DNA from: Zancudomyces culisetae HAW-14-8
Lineage: Eukaryota; Fungi; Kickxellomycota
Length of the DNA stretch: 64,000 bases
Assembly (NCBI GenBank): GCA_052426225.1
Contig: JBNJNM010000008.1
Location: forward strand, 1,612,001 to 1,676,000
Direction: 5' to 3'
Positions 58,164 through 64,000 of the stretch are shown here, in pieces (position 1 is the stretch's first letter; each line of letters opens with the position of its first letter). The position numbers were made by a program, and so were the translations under genes. The notes under the pieces are model-generated. The model was not told the DNA's origin. It saw nothing but the letters and a program-made list of their open reading frames with translations, and did not search any database.

Positions 58164-60801
58164 GGTTTCGTTTAAAGTAAAATTTGTTGTCAATGTTTGT
58201 TTGATTGTTTCGTAACAACATTCAAGGTACTCAAGTGTGGTATATATATATATATTATGAAAATTGTATAGGTATATATAATCCGTTTACGGAATTTTTA
58301 AAATAAAATACATCATACTTTTACATCAATGGGCGAGTGTGAATAGGAAATATATTTTAAAGCTTTTAAACTATCCTAAGCAGTAAAGCTCTTGGTTTCC
58401 CATGCCCAGCTGTGGATGTGGGTATGAATATGAATATGGGTGGCAAGCAGCTTGTTTTCTAGTAAAATAAGACTCTACACCACTATTTTTTTTTCTCTTT
58501 CTCTTTCTCTTTTACTTTTTGTTGCCCGCCTCAAAGAAGAGCAGGTGAATGTAGAAAGTATTTATATACTGGCTATGAGAAAACAAACGTAAAAAAAGCA
58601 CAATCGTGTGAATTACGTAATTGTCAAGGGTGATATGTGATGCAATTCGAATTTCTGTTAATTGGGTCTTTTAATTTCTGATCAACTGTTTAAAGGCAAT
58701 CGTGGGTTGTTAATGAAATTGTGATGATATTCCGACAGTTTAAAACGTTGTATAAGAGAAAGTGGTTCTCACATCCTCATGTGCAAAAAAGCTTAAAAAA
58801 CAACAAAACATGTGCAGAAAAAGTAATGCTATTTCATCACGGATAGAGTTACAGCGCACATACTAAAACAATCTCAGTTGAGCGAATGGGGGAGTGCAGG
58901 GAGAAAGAGTAATACATTTAGACACACATACACACACAAATATTATACTATCTTTTTAATTTGAGCCTCAGGTGCTTTTTTTATCTAGAAATAGAACGTG
59001 TTCCTTGAGTTTGACAGGGTGGATTTCCAGGAATAGTGTATGTGTGAACTACTAAAAGAGTAGATATATTCGATGTGACATTAAAATAGGAATAAAGTTT
59101 GGTATCAAGTGAACTTCAGCTTATATACCGACTTCCAATAGGAAGGCATAATATTTTTAGACCAAAAAGTAGCCCAAGTTCTCCTCCCTTTCCGATAGTT
59201 CTCTGTAAATGATATTTATATTTGAAATCCTTTGCTATCTAGCCTTTGCTGTTTGATTGTTTAAGTTTCCCTGTAACTTTAATCACAAAAATTTATTTCC
59301 GTGTAGAAATCACACTTTATCATGCTACTAAACTAAACCCGAAAACGTATTAAAGTTAAAAAACAAAAAAAAAACAGCACCTGTTACCATCAAGGCTCTT
59401 TTTTTTAGTAAAGCGATTGCAACTAAGGCTGAGCAAGGAGTGAAACACACGATTTTGTTTTTGTTTTTGTTTTTCAGGTGGGTTGTCTTGCTCTAAAGTT
59501 TACAAAGTAATACAGAATATCGAATCTATGGGTATAGCTCTAATTAACATCCTGGCTATAAAAAAACAAAAATGGAGTGACCGATGTGGATTTAATTTTA
59601 CTCATGCATATGAACCAACAAGCGATGTATTCAAAGTAGAGTTTATCAGCGTTTTCTGTATAATTTTTTTGACAGAGGACTGAATGTTACTATATCACTT
59701 GTTACTACATTGGATGCTGTTCACACTTGTATTTTGCAAAAAAGCATGAAGTGATTTACTCTTTTTTAAACCACCAGCTTGCCCAGATCTCTAGATGTCT
59801 TTCTAAAGCAATTACGCACTTATGTACATTATTATATGATCCCGGGTCTAAAACATAGCACAACACACACACACCACACGCATGTAATTGAGTCTAACTA
59901 CCAGGACACTCTTGGTATAAAATATATAATGAAATGGGGAAGAACGGTTTGGCTACGCGATCGCGAAGACCACCAAAAATCATGCAAACATGTAAATACG
60001 ATGATAATAGAGTAATTAAATTTACGTAGCGGGAACATAGCAAGAAAAAATCCCATCAAACTAATCATATACGAACGGTCTAAATGTAACCTGTCAAAAC
60101 TCGTCTGCATAAGTTGTTACTAAACAGAAAACTATAATACACAGACCTACCCACCTCCTTCACTATCTAATTTTGTGTAGCACTCAATGGGCTGGTGTAA
60201 TGCTGGTCTCCTGTAAACCAGCACGGCTATTTGGTACTAAAAGAACATCACTATTTTAGTTATCAGTAAACAGATGTACCAGTTAGATATTTTCATAGTA
60301 AGAAAAGGCCGATGGTGGCATTGAAAAGCGTGTGTTAATGACAAATTATTTGCAAAATGGTAATAAAAATAACAAATAAAACATGCATTAAAGCTGTCGT
60401 TTTTTTATTTTTTTATTTTCGAAATGGACATAAACGATCTCAATGGTTTAAAATACATAAATCTCAGCTTCCCATTCGTCAAGACATTCTATATGCCAAT
60501 AAAAACAAGGACAGCACCATTGAAAATTTTTTTTTTCTTGCTTTGTAAACAGGGAAAGGTTTAGTAACATTACCTAATACATTAAACAAAAGAAAACCCA
60601 TTTGAAAAAAACCAGCAAGCCCAGGATTAACGTTGGGGAAATCGCAACCTCACAACCTCTTAACATTGTCCTATCTACCAAAGATGAATTGGTGGCGAAG
60701 GAATCTATATATAAAACAAAGCTAAAATAACCTCTTTTAAATCAGAAATAAAAAAAATAAGTTTTTAATTTCATTAACCTTTGCATAACAGGCTTCTGAA
60801 A

Positions 60802-62054
60802 ATGACTTCTGATTCCGAAAATTCCAAAACACTGACACCCGAAGAAAAATTCCAACTTATAACTAGGAATTTGGGAGAGTATCTTGGTGGTGATGAGCTG
60901 AAGGCTCTATTGAAGGAGCGCGACATCTCGCTCTACTGGGGTACAGCGCCAACAGGAAGGCCACATGTGGGCTATTTTGTACCAATGACAAAGATAGCTG
61001 ATTTTCTTCACGCAGGTGCTAAGGTAAGTATGGATCAAGATTTTAAAATTCTGTATGTGGGATTTTTGTAGAAGGCTTGTGGCAATAATCTCAGGACGAT
61101 TGTGTGGCTTTACAATTGTAGGTGATCATCTTGCTTGCAGATATCCATGCGTTTTTGGACAATATGAAGGCACCAATTGAAGTTGTAAACTACAGAGTCA
61201 AGTACTACGAAGGATTGATCAAGTCCCTTTTGAAGAACATTGGTGTGCCAATTGAAAAATTGGTGTTTACAGTTGGATCTGACTACCAGCTGTCCAAGGA
61301 GTACGCAATGGATAACTTCAGAATGATGGCAGTGACTACTGAGCGAGACGCAAAGAGAGGAGGATCAGAAGTGGTTAAGCAAGTCGAAAATCCACTGATC
61401 TCGGGTCTTATATACCCAGGAATGCAGGCACTTGACGAAGAGTATTTGGGAGTCGACGCCCAGTTCGGTGGTGTTGATCAACGCAAGATATTCGTACTTG
61501 CAGAAAAATACATGCCAATGCTTGGATATAAAAAGCGAATCCATTTGATGAATGTGATGGTTCCAGGATTGCAAGGCCCAAAGATGAGTTCTTCGGATCC
61601 AGATAGTAAAATAGATTTGTTGGATGATCCAAAGACAGTAGAAAAGAAATTCAAAAAGGCATTTTGTGAAGAAGGAAAGTTGGAGGACAATGGTGTAATC
61701 GCGTTTTTGGAATATGCCGTTTTCCCTATCTTCCAGATTTCCAGCACTATTACTGAGTTTGTTGTGGAAAGACCAGAAAAGTATGGAGGAAACACTGTCT
61801 ACACAGATATTGAGACCCTAAAACAAGATTTTGTGGACTTAAAAGTTCATCCTGGTGATTTGAAATCCAGCACAGCCAAAATTGTGAACAAGATCTTGGA
61901 CCCCGTGCGAAAGGATCTTGATACCGATGAATTTAAAGAACTGACCGACAAGGCCTATCCACCACCACCTAAAAAAGTCGTTCAGAAAAAGGAAAAGAAG
62001 AAGCACAACAAGAGACCAGAGAATCTGGATGAAGGTAAACCAGAAACAGCTTAA
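60802..62054 (+). CDS. TYS1: Cytosolic tyrosyl-tRNA synthetase; 2 exons (60802-61023, 61122-62054)
   Basis: Motifs [14 protein letters not shown] (HIGH), [24 protein letters not shown] and KMSSS. Intron gtaagt..gtag. Confidence 0.97.
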
Positions 62055-62322
62055 GACACAAGTTATCTATGAAGCCACTCACTTTTTTATTTTACAGGCA
62101 TACTTTCGAACCTTTTTTTAGTTTGATGTTAATAATATTCAATTCAGCAAATAAACATGTAATGAAATGAGGAAGCTGCTTGAGGGGAAGGGGAGGGAGG
62201 GTTAGTATATTGGGATACTTGGATGTTACGGGGAAGTATATAGGAAAAAGTTTAAATACTAATTAATACAAGTTTTTTGAATAAGCGAGTGTGGTGGAGA
62301 AGGGAGGTTAACGCCTTGTGTC

Positions 62323-63895
62323 TCAGTGGTAAACTTTGAGCTTACTACAACTATCCAAGTCTGATAGTTTTCCAGGCGACTCCCACCCAACACTCTGTAG
62401 CTGTTTTTCGAATATAGGCCAGGAATTATGTACGAATTCGTTTACAGCCTCCAGTTCGATTCCATAGAGCAAAGAAAGGCATAAACAGTGCGAATGAAGG
62501 AATCCCTTGAGTTGATCAATGTGCGTAGACGTCGTGGAATACCAGAGATTCACGGCTGCAAAATGTGAGCTGTTTCCTTTGGGTGACTCAGTTTGAAAGG
62601 ATGAGGTAGGGGCGCGTGTGTTAAAGCTGAAAAAGTAACTGTAATCGTTTGAAAAATATATATAATCCTCTTGAGGCACGGGGTCGGTATCCTTTGGACG
62701 CTTTTTACTCGCTGTCCCTTTGACTTTTTCATTCGCAACATGCGGATACCTAACCTGAGGGTTAGGTTGCAGAGTTTTTAGGTAGCTTGAAACACTTGGA
62801 AAAAAAGTCAGATCTACCTTTTGAATATGCCCAGGGTTGTTGTTTTCTGCATTTCTGTTATGTGTATTGCTTACCGAGTATGAGATTGTGCGTTTATTGC
62901 GAAAAACAATGCTGGTGTTAAAATCAGTACCATTTGAGTCAGTTGCATCAAATATTTTGCTTCTTACGCCATTCAAAGTCACTATTGGTTCTAATTTTGC
63001 AACGAATTCGGGCGAATGGATGTGGTCTGTAGCCAACCCAAGTTTATACCCCCGACCGTTTGGCCCGTCACACTGTCTCACGGTTATGCAATTTTGCAGT
63101 ATAATTTTTGAACGGCTAATATTTAATGACCTAAGTGAGATTGCTGAAACAGCTTTATAGTTTGCGTAGATTGCCATCAAGCTAATTGGGATAAAAAAAA
63201 CCAATAGCTGATAGTTTTTCCTTTGATTTTCTCCAAGTGACTCTGAACCAGTATCAAAAGATCCTGGAATTATCTCGCTAGAAGAATTGATAGAATTTGT
63301 CGCGGAATCAGCAGTGCTATCTGTACTTTTGTCGCTCTGGTTGAAGAACAACAGGTAGCTAAGCCCAATCCCGATGGCCGTTCCTATCAGTCCGGCGGCT
63401 GTAGCCTGCGACCCGCTTTTGGCTGTCACATCACCCATGTTATCAGCATTACATAGTGCCTTGTTTATAGTTGCTCGTGTGGCGGATATGGCTAGCCAAC
63501 TCATATTTTTACCGATATTGGCAATTGAACCTAACAAGATAAACAGGGTGGGAAAACATGGGGTCATCATCTCTAACAGTATTGATAGCTGTAACGTTAG
63601 TGACCCCCAAAACCTCACTAGTTTTGTCTCGCTGTCTAGTTTGTTTCCCATGATGTAGGCAAAAAAAACTCCGCCAAATTGACCTATTCCGTCCTTAATG
63701 ACCCAGTTTAACGAAGCTGACAACTATTTCCACATTTATCGCCATTTAGAACAAAAGACTTGATATTTTGGTAAGTAGATATCAAGGTATTTACAGAAAG
63801 AGCAAAATCTAACGAGATAACAGTCTTGGTTCCTTACTGGAATAGAACTCGATCCTAGTCCAACCGCTAACAGTAGTGATTGCATTGAAAACACT
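62323..63895 (-). CDS. RUS1/DUF647 (root UVB sensitive, C16orf58) family protein, 5'-partial
   Basis: The exon ending at 63838 (MQSLLLAVGLGSSSIP) splices across 63724-63837 to LSASLNWVIKDGIGQFGG...ATRA...NMGDVTAKSGSQ. Further exons probably lie beyond the window. Confidence 0.85.
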
Positions 63896-64000
63896 AAAGA
63901 TGACACATATTATATATATGTTATATATGTTTATATAGGATATAGTTGAGCAAAAATACAAGTCGGTATGTAAGAATAAGAGAAAAGAATAATATGTTAC

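Noticed and set aside
60802-62054. Tyrosyl-tRNA synthetase as a dedicated supplier for the Tyr-rich protein group
   Set aside because: It is a normal housekeeping TyrRS more than 30 kb away with unrelated genes in between, so the proximity is most likely chance.

Overview
AT-rich eukaryotic DNA with short GT-AG introns and CTAAC-like branch points. It is clearly fungal. Gene content and style suggest an early-diverging zygomycete-grade fungus, possibly an insect-gut Harpellales species, but that placement is inference. About 19 protein-coding genes and one intron-containing tRNA-Ile(UAU) can be supported. Housekeeping genes: TMEM94-like P-type ATPase, PPZ-type phosphatase, LITAF protein, Ufd4/TRIP12 HECT ligase, Hsv2/WDR45 PROPPIN, PEX12, cytosolic TyrRS and a RUS1/DUF647 protein. 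Cell-wall enzymes: two GH81 glucanases and a GPI-anchored Crh-type GH16. The most striking feature is five secreted Tyr-rich low-complexity proteins in the first 29 kb. Two carry a C-terminal CBM19-like chitin-binding module and Kex2-type KRG sites, one has 21 xPDY repeats, and one is a 1300-aa Lys/Tyr/Pro/Thr tandem-repeat protein. Together they may form a tyrosine-crosslinked, chitin-targeted adhesive or wall system. Also notable: a multi-exon SAS-4/CENPJ (Tcp10 domain) homologue hidden from the ORF track, a kinesin-like gene with degenerate catalytic motifs, and a strong purine-to-pyrimidine compositional flip along long genes. No CRISPR array, rRNA or intact mobile element was seen.
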